64,000 bases of DNA from positions 19,614,534-19,678,533 of the forward strand of contig CM120644.1 of the NCBI GenBank assembly GCA_051362555.1, given 5' to 3'. The translations under genes and the position numbers were made by a program. The notes beneath the pieces were generated by a model. That model was not told the origin of the DNA and searched no databases. It was given only the letters and a program-made list of their open reading frames with translations. Positions 35,766 to 49,194 of the stretch are shown one piece after another (the stretch's first letter is position 1; each line of letters opens with the position of its first letter). This DNA comes from Lingula anatina (lineage: Eukaryota > Animalia > Brachiopoda).

Positions 35766-36803
35766 ACCCACCCTCCTCAGGTAGACTTTCTTCTTATAGT
35801 AACCAAAGGAAATTTTTAAAAAGTCTTTGGGAATTACTTGCTTTTATCCAAGTACGCGAGCAGGAAAGTGAACCCCAGGTACCAATGAACATGAAAATAC
35901 TACAACGCATTGAATAATTTCGGTATTTCTTTATTAAGACCAAAACAAATTTCCATTCCATATATGCATGTATATTTAACAATCTTGAAACATCAGTTTG
36001 TGGGACTACAATTGTGATTCTTTTTAAGTTTTGAAAGTTTGAATAAAATGATATAAACAAAGTCATTAAGATCTTCGTTAGAATTCACTAAATATGTAAC
36101 AAATTCAATCTATTTGATTTGACAAATAAAAGTATCAACTAAACTTCTTATGATTGATCTTATGTTTGATATTAAAGAAAATATTTCAGAAAAGACTTTT
36201 TCCTTTAAAAAACAGCGCCGGATCTGGTATCCACCCCACCTTTAACTAAACCGCAGAAAAATCGAAAAGGAAACCCACTCTGGACTAACGTTATCAAGTA
36301 CACATAATGCTATAAATTGCCTAGAATTTCACAATTTGACTACATTTAAATGTTCCAGATCCGACGTTGTTTTTGCTCTGTTTCTAACCATGCGGTATTA
36401 TAAGAATCATTTCAATAACTAAATGCCTACAATCATGAGCAATTCTACAACTCTCGTGACAAATGAACATGAATTGACCTCACATAACACATGTAGAGAG
36501 TAAACATTTTTACACCTGCTGATTGATCTAATAAAAATAAGAGACAATTTTTAAAGTTGGGCAGATTTTGAAAAATAGTATCAATGGTCCCTTCAACTTT
36601 ACACAGAATCTGATATATATAATTAATTTTTTTAAGAAAGCATCATCATCCCTGAGGCCATTTACATTTTTACGAAATTCGTAGTGTACATGCTTGAATC
36701 TTGTAGCCTAGACATCAGAAAATTGGATCATCAACAAGAACAAGCTTATGAAATCAAGTATTCTAATCTCTTATCTGAGCATTTAAAGCAAAGACAACGT
36801 TAA

Positions 36804-37302
36804 AGGCACATAGTGAGCGCTGGATCCGTATGTAGCTAATATTTTATTTTTCTAGAAATTTCTACAATAAATCACCAAGGTATACGGTATCCAGAACAGT
36901 TCACAACAATACGATCCACAGAGTCATTAATTTTTTTTTAGAAATTTTAACAACAAATCACATAAAGGCAAGGAATACGGTATCTAAAAGAGTTCACAGC
37001 ATTACAATCCATATACTCTCTTCTAGCTCCAAAAAAGGCCCTTTCGTAATGAAAATAGAAGCTGGTCAATTTCACTCACGGCGGCAAAAATTGAAATTTA
37101 CAACATGAAAACGTGTTTCTATCTATTCCAAACGGCATTGAGACGTAATGGAGGGCGACACATAACAACTAGACTTTTAAAAAAACTTTTATACATCGTA
37201 CTTTTGTGAACGGTGTTATATGTGGTTTGGTGATAAAGGAAAATTGTTGAATTTCTCAGGATGTTATTTTCTAGGTAAAGGTGTAACGCGCACTATATGC
37301 CT
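36804..37302. mobile_element. Kolobok-like MITE
   Basis: TTAA|AGGCACATAGTGAGCG ... CGCGCACTATATGCCT|TTGA. Confidence 0.55.
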
Positions 37303-40300
37303 TTGAATTGAAATTAAAACCCATGTTTTCGAAGAGAGTGATATTATTTTGTATGCTGAACTCAAAGTACTAAAGAACAAGAAATAAAGCTATCCTTGTG
37401 AATACGATTATTATTCAATGTAATATCCCCTAGTTGTCATTAATTTTTTATTGGATAAAAGAACACATTTTAAAAAATATAGCTCACGAGACATAAACAA
37501 AAACAATATTATTCAATGTAATATTGCCAATATTTAATAAATTTTAACTGGACAAATTAGAGAATTTCATCAGCTGTGTTATGTTATAAGAATGAAGTAA
37601 CTTTATTCGATCAACAGCTTAATATTGAAATCAGGGAATGAGGCTATCCAGGTGAGTAATGATGAATGTTCTGTTAGACATCAAAATATTGGAAGTAAAG
37701 GTAAACTATTTCAATATTAAGCTGTTGATTGAAGAAAAATTACTTCACTCTTTACTGGATAGAGGAATATATTTTCTTAAAGTTTTTTGCAAACAAGTTG
37801 TATAACTACCTATTTTCCTACATATACTATCTCTCTCCTTCGCAAAAAGATTGAGAAAAATGACACACGCAATATGTTTAATTTTACCCCTACGACTATA
37901 TCTACTAACGCAGTCCAATTAACATGAAGTGCATATGAGATATGAAGAGCTGGCGAAAATGTGGAGGAAGCAAATGGGGAAAATATTAGGGTATTTCCAA
38001 AACTAGTTTTAAACATTCAGGCATCAAAAATGAGTCACAAACAAGTTATCATCAAATAACTAACGTTAATATCTTACTAACATTAATATCCTACTAAATC
38101 GGTTGAAACTGATATATTCGTATACTTAGTATCTGGACCGCCTCGCATCCACTCCCTGGTCACTCAAAACTGATGACGACGTGACATCTCTTTCTGGAGT
38201 GTTGGTTACATATGATTCATGGGGGGAGGGCGGGAGAGGGGGGGAAGGCAGGATATTTTAGGCGCATTGTTTACTTAATTATCATCATTATCTGATAGGT
38301 GAACCTTCATTGACAATTTATTGCAATAAAAATACATAGGACGCATTTGTATAAGATGTAATTCAAAACACGCCATTGATAATAGTAATCTCATACCCTA
38401 ACATCCCCCCCCCCCACAATGAAACATTATTTACGTCACTGGTTATGATCAAATACACGTTTTTATCTGAACAGAGTTTAGTATATGTGACCAACCTGAC
38501 CGTACTATGGCGCCATCTGCTGGAATCAGCAGACTAAAACTTTATAAACTTTAAAGCATCTGAATGTGCGATGTTGTAGTCTTCATTCACCTTCACAATG
38601 ACAGATAAACTTGCAAATATATGTCTGTGTGCGTGCGTGGAACCTGGTCATGATAACGAAGGCGTTTATTAAATTATCCCAGATTTTTACAAAGTTTTTG
38701 GCCAGTGACAGGAAAGGAGGATTGATTAATTAAAGAAAAATACCACTTATCCCAGGAAAATCAGTGCAATAATTTAACACGTCAGCGCAAACGCCGTGAA
38801 AATACGCTAATATTTTGCCGAAGGATTTTATTCAAACTGATGTTTTTCACTTTGCATCATACAACCAGTTAAGCATAACAATGGAGTGTCATGCACAAGT
38901 TATAACAGTTATATTCTACCTCCCCAATATCCTCCTGTCATTTCATGCTGTCAATATTGACATATACAAGATTTCAACATATATCATACATCACATGATT
39001 CTTTCACATACAGCACTTGAATAACATATTTTATGTAATGAAAGAAATGAAATTCCATTCGTATCAAATATTTTTTCTTCGGGAATTGATATTTCAAATT
39101 GTTATGCCCCCGCCTGGCGTTTAGTAGAATACAGAAAAGGTGGTAATTATACGAGAAAGTTTGAAACAAGAGGAGGTGTGTTAATCTGTTAAACTGATTG
39201 CATTCAGCAGAGTTGGATTGATCTACATAGAACGAAATGGAATGAAACCTTACATTCTTTAAAATGTATCTTATTATTATTGTAGTGCCCTGAATATTTT
39301 ATCTAGATATCTTATCTTATCAATAAATGTAACGGGGACTTACAAAGTGTGCGTGTGCGCGAGGTTCGCAAGAATGAAACAACAGTATATGATAGGTTTC
39401 CCTATTAATACAGTTTATTTCTCAAACCCGTTACATACATACAGGGACATCTAGCTTAGGCAAAGCACAGCGCTACGGTAAGACGGTGACCCAGTCGTTC
39501 CCTCGATCTTGACTCTGATTGACCCGGCCGTCCTCGGTCCTCAGTCTCCCTCTCGTGCTCTCATTGTTGCTGGTCACTCTGACCTTAATTCCCTGCTCTG
39601 ACGTCCCTGGGCGTTCGTCTCTTGTGTTGAAATCAGGACGCCCCTTTATACTGAATTTGAGGGTGAGGTGACTGTTTACCGTGCCTGATGGTGACGGGAT
39701 AATTTAGCTATGGTGCTTGATGGTGTCAGTGTAATTCTCCTTATATAAACAGTTTCTAGTTACGCCGGCTACTTGGCCTTGAACTTCTACTCTATATTAT
39801 GCACGTTTATAAAACAATATTTTCACCCGGATTTGATAATTAATAAACATAATACTGGGCCCTTACTATAATGTATGTACGGCCCTTCGAATGTATGTTC
39901 TTATAAGGCTCAGTGGTCACATTTGCATCTCTAGTTAAGGTAGCACCGTCGAACACCGACTTTCAACATAGATTAAGATTTCTCTGTACCTTTGAGAGAT
40001 TAAAGGATAATCACTTGGAATTGCTCTTGTAGAAAATCTGAGATAGAGATGACAGCGGCGTGACTAATATATTCACAGGAAGCCAGGTGTGGTATTGGCC
40101 TATTACACAGAAGTTTTGATTACTAAATGTTACGTAAAGGCTCATTTTGCTACCAACTGCGTTATATGTCCGTCGGGCCTTAGAAGATTTTGCTCCTGCA
40201 AAAGTAACTAGTAATAACTAAACCTAAAATATGTAAAAAAAAAAACACACACACACAACACCAGGTAATATCTTCAGACGTAATTTTTCTTTATTTGACC

Positions 40301-40431
40301 AAAAGGGGAATTGGAGGCATTCCTTTCTCTCTCTCTTTTTCTTTTTGTTATCTTAAAGTTCCGCTTATGCTTCTTCCATGTCGGAGTCATCATTAGAAAG
40401 ACCTGCTGGGCGAACGTTAGGCTCCGGCCTC

Positions 40432-41079
40432 TTAGGTCCCCCATTCGGTCTGGACCAACTGCTTCTGGGACGACGCACCGTCGCTAATCATCTCATCTTC
40501 AGACGGGACAAGGAGAGGGTCGTCTCGAGTTCCCCTGGGTATGCGTCTCATAGCTGCAGCAGGAAGTCGCGCCTGGGGTGGTGAGGGTGGGAAACGCAGG
40601 GCGGCGGCCAACACGTCCCTACACTGGAGGGCTACTTCCTCTGTGTCCCTGGAACGGAACCACGAAGGAACCAAAGAACGCGGGCGTACAATGACCACGG
40701 CCCGCATTAAAGAAGCCGCCCTCATAAGTTGCCGTACGTGATCCGGCGAGTTAAGGCGCACGGAGGGTAGAATAACCACCCTCGCCTTCTGCCGAGTAGT
40801 TGGTGCAGCCATCGTCCCTAGTGTCCTGAACAGCAGATGAAGGAGATAGCCTACTTCCGAGGTCGGGTTGGGCGAGGTGCCCCTCCAACCATATAGAATC
40901 AGTAGTATTGGAGCAATCGCTCTAATGGCTGGCAGCGCCTCTTCCAGAGTGGTGTTGCACACTGGTGTTGCCTGGTGCCCTTGAATGATGGTACCTCGAG
41001 GAACCCACGGGGAGTCCTTTCTTTGGCGCAGGGAATCAAAAGGTCTAGTGACGTTGTCTGATGACATAACGAGAACATT
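40432..41079 (-). CDS. Accessory ORF between env and LTR (~215 aa from ATG), possible SGNH-like alpha/beta fold
   Basis: GC-rich open frame in an AT-rich, decayed context; pattern VLVMSSD..PRGTII..LLILYG..RVVILP. Confidence 0.5.
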   Translation of the reverse strand, partial: NVLVMSSDNVTRPFDSLRQRKDSPWVPRGTIIQGHQATPVCNTTLEEALPAIRAIAPILLILYGWRGTSPNPTSEVGYLLHLLFRTLGTMAAPTTRQKARVVILPSVRLNSPDHVRQLMRAASLMRAVVIVRPRSLVPSWFRSRDTEEVALQCRDVLAAALRFPPSPPQARLPAAAMRRIPRGTRDDPLLVPSEDEMISDGASSQKQLVQTEWGT

Positions 41080-41899
41080 CATGATGTTGTCTTGGTGGTG
41101 GTCCAAAGCAGAGTGGATGAAGTGGTCGTCGAAGGAGGCCGACTTTATAGAGGTGTTGGAATGAAGGGAATGAGGGGATGATTAGGTGCTGGGCAAAAAG
41201 GAAGTGGAATACGTCTGAAGATTTCAATGTATGATATTACGTGGCAACAGATAATGAAGATGTCTGTGAGCGATAATAGAATAAGCAATTCTCGACTATA
41301 TGATTTCTGAACAATTACATAGAACTGATATACATGTACCTGCATCGATATGACCTGTGAAAGTACATTATATCATGAATGCCAACTAGATAGACAGCTA
41401 ATTGAAAAAAGGGAAAATATACATATAAAGCAGTTAAAATACAAATAAGAATAAACGTGTAGTAACAAATTTAAAGTAAAGGTAAATGATTAACCTGTAT
41501 CAAAAGCGATGGCTCTTTTACAGGGACTAAGACGATGCTATCAAAACATTAATAAGATATCGCACCGGACGTCGAGTGTAACATCGTACCTATGAATAAT
41601 TATAGAGAGCTGAATAAAATACGGTCACTAGGATAAAATGGATAGTAAACAATATTATTACCATAACCCTTACAATTTTACCGCATAATGCTAACTTATA
41701 ACGAAAATTATTATGAAAGTAGTATACAAATAAGTTCACCGCTAAAAATAATTGACATATTTTGAGTTATTATTAAGAAATGACTATGAAGCTGATTAAA
41801 TATTTCTATCCCTAAAGATAAAATATCAAAACATTTAAGCATAACAATGGAGTGAGTTTCATTCAAGATTTCTGTCCTTAAATTCTCAAATCAATGCAT

Positions 41900-44000
41900 G
41901 AACAGTGGCGCAAGAGTTCGGCTTTTTGGAGGAAGTATAAAAAAACGAAAACTTCAACAGGCATGATATCGAGCTTGTAAAGCCAACTACACTACTGAAT
42001 AATTAAGAGTGCAAAGAATGGCTGAGCAAACATCTTTTTCAATGTATACGTTTGGCAGTATTTTAAGGAAATCGGATTGCAAAGAGTGATTGAATGATCA
42101 ATTTCGTCATTAGAGAGACAGATACCGTTCCAATTTATGTGCAACATGAGATAAATACAACCATGGATCTCAAAAGTATCGAATAATGTGGGTGTGTGGG
42201 CTTTCCAGGCCGTTACACTACCCTGAAGGTGCATAACAGGCAAAACAACAGCATCATCTAATGTCGAAATCTGTAAGGCCAGGACAGGTCTATGTCCGTA
42301 GGATTTGCAAAAAACGAGAATGACAATTATAATGAAAAGCAGCAAAATAATAAGTGATTCGGTGATAGAGGGCAATGAGGTGGTTTCAAAGGTTAGATTA
42401 AAACCTCGAACAGAGACAATGATCTGAAGGGAAGTTATGATAACAGATAATTTAGCGAATTTATAAGATAAAAAGGCGGTTAAGAGAATGTTAAAAACCG
42501 ATAGACCAACAGCGATATAAGAGATAAGGGGTGTAAGGTCGTCAGGGGACTGTCGGGAAATATGTCTGCTATGGAATGGTAGACTGGTTGCTTCCGTTTT
42601 ACCGCAGATATGATGCGTTTGAAATTTAAATGGTCAGTCCGTTCGGAGGCGATGATAGAATCAATTTTATTGTGAAGAATCTTGATTTTCGGAATGGTTA
42701 AGGAAGGAGGCTTAGATAACAAGGTATCTCCCAAGAGATCGTTAATGCGCTCTTCCGCACACAAGTGTTGTAGAGCAATGAGGTTAAAGGGGTATTTGAC
42801 GGTCTCATCAAAAGAAAAATTATGACAATTATATAAACGTTCCGGAAAATAAGCTATCTTAGTATTAATTGTGCAGTGACAGTGTAGGTGTACGACACAA
42901 TGATGACAATTGAAGATATAGGACGTCTTGATATGGGAGAAATGTAGCATTATGACGTCCACGTTGGTGAATAATATGGTGTCCTTAGTAATGAAGTGTG
43001 CGGAAGAGGAAACGGCATTCTGTTGAAATGTAAAATTGCAATGTTCTAATATTTTTGGGCGTAAGTTCAGGAAAAGACTACTAACACAGCTCTCAATGCT
43101 AACAGGAATTAAAATAGGATATTGTGGACATGATTTGAGGAATGTGCCTCGACATAAAGACCAGTCTGTATGCGTGAGGATGGAAAAATGAGTTTCATCA
43201 TCGGAAATTGGCAAAAATGGATGGTAGGTTGATAAAAGTACCATGAAGACACTTGCGCTGGAGAGGGACCGGATATGTGGTGATTGAGTATGCGGTGAGC
43301 GAATGAGGGTAAGTCGTTATGGGGAATTTTAGTCTAATGAAGAGTGACTGATTGTGAAAGGCAGTGACGAAATGTGGATGCTTATAGTAGAAATTTGTAG
43401 TGGTGTGAATCAAAGTTGAAGTCGGAGCTTGGTCCTTAAGTTTTGACTGAATAAAAGTTATAGTTTCTTGTATAAGTTGTGGAGTTAAAATCAACGGACT
43501 ACCCTGCGCTATCTGAATAATAGCTGTTTGTTACTTAACCATATGAGAAAATAACTGAATTGCTGTTAACAGTTCATGCTATTGTAAAATGTACATAATT
43601 GCTGCCAAATTTTGTGATACTTCCGTCGCTATTATTCTCGTCTCATTATAAAGTGCTTCAGAGATATCCATCGCCTTGTCTACCCTATCATCTAAGAGAG
43701 ACAATAGCGATTCATAATTCATAATTCATGTAGTTGAAGACAGTTGAGTAATAAGCTTTTGCTGATTTTCTGCATTTGGGCTACGTGAGATGCTAAATTT
43801 TTTAGGTCTTTATTGCTGGCGGTGCCAAAAATTGATTAACTGATTTCAGCAACGAATGGAAATATGCTGCGTCTAGATCTAGATTTTGCCCAAATTTTCT
43901 CCACATTTAAATTCGAAAGTAGAGAGTCGATTACTTGGGACATATCATGCACTGATTTCATAACGTCGCTTTGGATGCTTCTAGCCGTCTTTAAACCTGA
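41900..44000 (-). pseudogene. env: Baculovirus-F/errantivirus-type envelope (fusion) pseudogene
   Basis: RSRR|SIFPFVAEIS*SIFGTASNKD (43880-43806): furin site plus fusion peptide. Cys-rich ectodomain (ORFs 43198-43494, 42480-43244); TM-like segments near 42480 and 42340; several stops and frameshifts. Confidence 0.85.
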
Positions 44001-44027
44001 ACGATATATACATGAAAGTTCTCAAAC

Positions 44028-44100
44028 ACCAGTCTGAAAATTCCCGCACCGTTAGCTTACGGCCAACCTGGTCGAAGGCCTTCATCAGACTGAACGATAT
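44028..44100 (-). ncRNA. Hammerhead-ribozyme-like motif, probably a Penelope-like element pLTR fragment
   Basis: CAGT-CTGATGA-AGGCC-loop-GGCC-GTAA (GAAA with 1 change)...AGACTG, flanked by repeated TATATCGTTCAG. Confidence 0.45.
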
Positions 44101-44979
44101 AAATTACGAATAAATAAGAAATAATCATTATTATACAGGGTGATATTCTGGCTTATGTTCTGTATCAACATGATTGCCACGTCTTCCACAAAATTGATGG
44201 TAATGTGTTAGGTGTGACAAGCCGTTAACCGCTGTTGATTGTAGGCCAAAACAAACAAATTTTAACATTTTATTTTTCTAAAAATGCCGATAAAGGAATT
44301 TTATAGCACCTCTATTGGTGCTTTTTCTTCCTCGTCTTCGGTTCTGAGTTCAAGATCCTTCTGTACAAATGTAGAATTAAATTGTTCATAAGTATCTAAG
44401 ATGTAGTATTCCTTGCAAGGTGTGCTTACCAACGCGCAAGACACGATGCGTTTTTCTATTAGTGTCCTACGCCAAAACGAAGCACTAAATATAATCCACA
44501 TATTTTCATGATTGGCAACAATTCTCTCCACCCCCCCCCCCCCTACAAAGAATAAGATACTGTAGTAATATGAATTAAACATTTCAACAAGCTAAACGAA
44601 ACAAATCCAAGACGTTTTACAGTCACTATCCCCACATATTGGAATAAAATTGTCTTCCTGTACTGTTTAACATTCAATGTTTTATAACCACGTCAACTAT
44701 CAAACAGCTTTGCTTTAAGATGACATGATGAGTGTCTTCTCTCTTTGTCGACGAAGATTCTACTGTATTTTGAACAAGGCCGGTGGTAACAGGTGCCTCA
44801 CGACAACCATGAGTGAATTTTTACCGCGTTCGCTTTTTATTTGTGTTGCACCAGGATTGACACGCTTATCTATTCCATGTAATAATGGGAGGTTAATTTT
44901 CACGACACTAGATACATGTAACTGTTAAGTAAAAAAAAAAAAAAAAAAACATTAAGATGTCTGTCACATATTTTATTTT

Positions 44980-46290
44980 TAATAATAATAATAATAACAA
45001 GTTTATTGAGCACTAAATGATGTGAATACATTTGCAGGCTCTCTAGACTACAATATTTACACAATATATATATGGATATACAATTATATATGTTTACATA
45101 TGTAGTATGTTAAATCATACATGTGTTAATGCAAATTATGCTATAATATTAATTAATTAAGCTATTCACAGCATTATTGACAATAAGTGGCTGTGATATA
45201 CTAGATTTCAGGTGAACTATGTATTTTAACAGCAGTCTTTACAAATTCTGCTATTACTTTGAGACTTTTATGACAGGGTGGATTAAGGAGAATTGACAAT
45301 ATCTGATCACTGTCATCTAGACCCACTACACTGATTTTCAGTAGTTCATCATGCATTCGTTGCCTCTCAACAGTGTATCTTGTGCATTCTGTGAGGAAAT
45401 GTTTTTCATCCTCTACACAGTTGCAAGCTTTACATTTTCTCTCATCAAGTGGAGTTTTAGGGTTTGTGTATCGGCCCCTTTCTATTGTTAGGTCGTGGTC
45501 ACTTAGTCTAATTTTTGCTAGTGTTTTGATATCTAAGGGGGAGACACTCATTTTGATGTAATTTTCACATTCATAAGATTTTTTAATTGTTTTGTATGTC
45601 CTTAATTTGTTTGAGGTCGAACTATTTAATTCCTGCCAAAAAGTTTTTCGATTTTTATGTTCAATTTTTCTACTAGGTTTTCTATTTGATGTAATTTCTT
45701 TGGTGGGTTGTTATCTTCTGAGAAACCCCAACAATTGTGAAAAGATTGGATGGATTCTGTCCATGTGTTTCCCTTTGTGTCTTGCTCATGATTGTACACC
45801 TGTTTTACAATTCTATTTTCTGGTAGTTGTTCCAGTCTAAGACTATATCTTTGGACAAGTTTAGCTATAGTTGAAAAAATAGGGTACCTGCCGAGTTCGG
45901 CTCTAGACATGGTATTGCTAGCCTGCTTTCTTAGACCTAAAATCCATTTGCAAAATTTCAAGTGTACCTGTTCGAATGGCATTTTATTAATCTTTTTCAG
46001 AGACATGTTTTTCTGTTTTAGTATCTCCTGTGACCAGACCTCACTACCATAAAGCAAAATTGGTTTGATGAGTTTGTCAAATAAGTTCATGCACAAAAGA
46101 GGTTTGGAGATGTTTTGAGAGGCAAGTGCTCCTTTAAGGGAAAACAGGGCTTTTAGGGCCTTTTTCTTTAAATTTTCAATTGCTTCCTTTAATGAGCCAG
46201 TATTGGAGAAAACTATTCCCAAATATGGGTATTGTTTTACTTCTTCTATGGGTTCATCATTTACGTAAAATTTTGTTTGATGGTCAAGAG
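44980..46290 (-). mobile_element. 5'-truncated LINE, RTEX-like, with (TTA)n tail
   Basis: YLGIVF..LFDKLIKPILLYGSEVW..RAELGRYP; KLRTY; IRLSDHDLTIERGRY..CKAC..EDEKHFLTEC; AATAAA then (TTA)n at the 3' end; frameshifted. Confidence 0.88.
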
Positions 46291-48215
46291 AAACAGGAAA
46301 AATGAGTACGCTTTCAGTTGAAAAAAAATAAAGAAAATAATAAAATCGACTGGTAAATTATTGTATTTGGATTGTGTGGAAATATAAAATGCAATCTTCC
46401 TTAAATTTGATTTTAAAAAAATTCAATTTCTTTATTATTTGTATAATGTTGTTATCTAAATCATATTGCCGAATTGGACATTCAATATGGACATGAAAGT
46501 TATTGAAAAACCACATCCTAGCGTTAGACAAATTCTCTCTCTCTCTCTAAATTAGCAGAGCCACGGACAAAATGAAAAAAAGAGCATTGGAGTTATTTTT
46601 GTCTTAAAAAACACCAACTTTTCCTATTCGTTGGAACATGTTAATAAAAGTGACCATATAGTACCTCTCGAGGGGAGGAAGGTCTCAGCCTTCTAGCTGT
46701 TACAAAATTCTTCCGAAGGGCGGGTCGAGCAAAGATTTATAATGAAAAGAAAATTGTTTTATTTCTTTGGGTAAATTACGTACATTTGCTAGCTTCAAAT
46801 ATGTATTATTTTCATCAAATAATAAAAATTAGGACAGCTTAGGTGATCAAGATCACCGCTATTTGAAATCTCTGATGTGGACATCACTTCCGGACAACCT
46901 TATATTACTGCAGGCAATCTAATTTGCATATAAGAGAAAAAAATGCTTTTTTTCTGTTTTTGAGTCATGTACAGTTTTTATTACTTTTGTAAATAACAAT
47001 GTCCCTTTACCCCCACAACTTTCTAATTATTTGATCGACACGCCCTGTTTATGAATTTATTTATATAAATTATAAACCTTCATATCACAGGCGTGAATCA
47101 CGTTCTCACGTCCAAGTCATAACATTGTTAAACTAGCGCCAATAACTGCAGTGAAGAATGTAGGTCAATTGCCTGTACAATTCTCCCATAGCATTATTGA
47201 TTTTTTCCGGAGTGGAACATTTTAGGGAGAGTCGGACGGGTGAGAGAAGTATCATTTCAACAGCAAAATATAAAAAAAGCGTGGAGCTGCTATAATCAGA
47301 AGCTTTTACAATCTTTTAGACAAGTGTAAAAATATCCCACTTTTCCAGTTCCACCGTGTAGCACTTTCAGACAATATGATACATCTCCATGCCATCAGTG
47401 TCTCCCTAAAAATTTGTTGACAACGTTAACTGTTTCAACTCCCGGCAGAAGACGAACCAGCCAACGATAGTTTTGACACGCAGGTGTAGGAGCCGCACCC
47501 TGAACTTCAGATCTTAATAGCAATTAACCCTTGCCGTTTCAAGTAACTGGTAACGACAAGGGTATGCCATAGTGTAGAGGTTTGTTTCAAGTTATCTCTG
47601 TAGCTCAGGGTAAGCAGCCGGAATAGGGCGAGGCGGGAGGAGAGGGGGGGGGGGCATTTAACCCTTTCACAACCAGGGGCCGAATGCGTTCCCTCAGCAC
47701 TAACCAGTCAATTTATTTAAGAATCAGTATTATGCATTTTCAAACTTTAATTAGGCGTAAGAGGGGGAAATGGGGGGGGGGGGGGTCAACTCTTTCACAA
47801 TCAACTACGTAATATTTATAATATTTTTGTCCAAGTTCTACATGAAGACAGAGTGATCGCAGCACTATTTCCACCCTGGTCCGGCAACCCAAGGCCTTCA
47901 CTTAATGGTCGGTTGTTAACAAGTCAGGAAGACAGCACTATGGACACTCAGGTAAACTGACCATTAGTGATGGGGTCATCAGTTGACCACAATACAGGGG
48001 CCACTGTCAGTGGGTTATATTTGCATTTTTCATAGATTTTGTATTAATACTAAGTTTATATATGGTATCAGTAATTACCCGTGATCAGACATAAATTTTC
48101 TGTCAACAGATTTCTGTAGCTAGAAAAGCAAGTTTTTGAGATTTGTGCAGATAGCAGATAAAAATCAGTTAGAAGACAGGAATGGGTTAGCCTCTTTTTT
48201 TTCACCAAATTTTCC

Positions 48216-48373
48216 GGGGGCGTCTCGATAGTCCGAAGGTTCATTGGTCCGAAGGTTCATTGGTCCGAAAAGTGGTAACATTTCTATCGATTTTTTAATC
48301 AAGGGTTCATTGGTCCGAAGGTTCTATAGTGAACATTCGGACCAATGAACCTTCGGACTATCGCTACGGCCCC
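48216..48373. mobile_element. MITE with internal 17-bp repeats, 8-bp TSD
   Basis: TIRs GGGG(G/C)CGT..CGATAGTCCGAAGG; repeats of GGTCCGAAGGTTCATT; AATTTTCC on both sides. Confidence 0.85.
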
Positions 48374-49194
48374 AATTTTCCATATTTTGACATTTCGATT
48401 TGTTACAGTAAAATGGTATGTGGATTTATTATTATTATTATGCTAGAATTTCATTTGTTGACTACAGCTCAGTATTCCTTAAGGTTAACTGATACAGAAT
48501 GTTGTCAGTGTTAGGTGGACTGTAGTGTTCAGTTGATAACTTAAAATATTGAAATGGTGCTGACAGAGAACAGTGATAAAACATTGAATTCTTTTAGACA
48601 AATAATATAGTATTACATTTATAGGTGTTTTTCTTTTTTTTTTCATTTTTCTTTCTTTCTATTTTTTGAGATTTTATACTCTTTCAACATCTCATTTGTC
48701 AAGCTGCCATTGAATCTGTTACTTTAAAGTCTGTAATATAAGTCGTGGTTTAATCAAGTATTCATTTGGAGTTTGATCTTTTCTTAATTGAACAAAACGA
48801 AGTTTCTTTTTTTACTCTTTATTCTGCCGCTAAGTCATTGGATATATATATAAATTTGATACATTAAAAAATGAAATAATCTAAATTATGAAAATGAAAC
48901 ACTTGTTTATTTCCCTTTCTATTTTCAACAATAAAGATAGAGAGGGATTTTCTAGTGTAATATCATGTATTTGACAAAGTACGATTCTTTTATTATAGAT
49001 GATCTATCATAGACAATGTGTCTGATCATGGAAGAAAATGGTCCGATGAATACTGAACCTACAAGGTATAAAATATATTCTGAATGATTATTGATAAACA
49101 CTAAACAAATAAAAATTGAAGCAGTTACATTTGATTGTTCTTTAGTTGTCCAAAAATAGCAAATTTATAAGGTTGTTTTTGTCATCTGATCACA

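Larger units (their letters stand above)
39328..44000 (-). mobile_element. Decayed env-bearing LTR element (errantivirus-like ERV), 3' half only
   Basis: TGTAACG terminus at 39328; minus-strand TATAAA (~39647) and AATAAA (~39417); env pseudogene; accessory ORF. gag-pol absent; inner LTR boundary uncertain. Confidence 0.75.
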
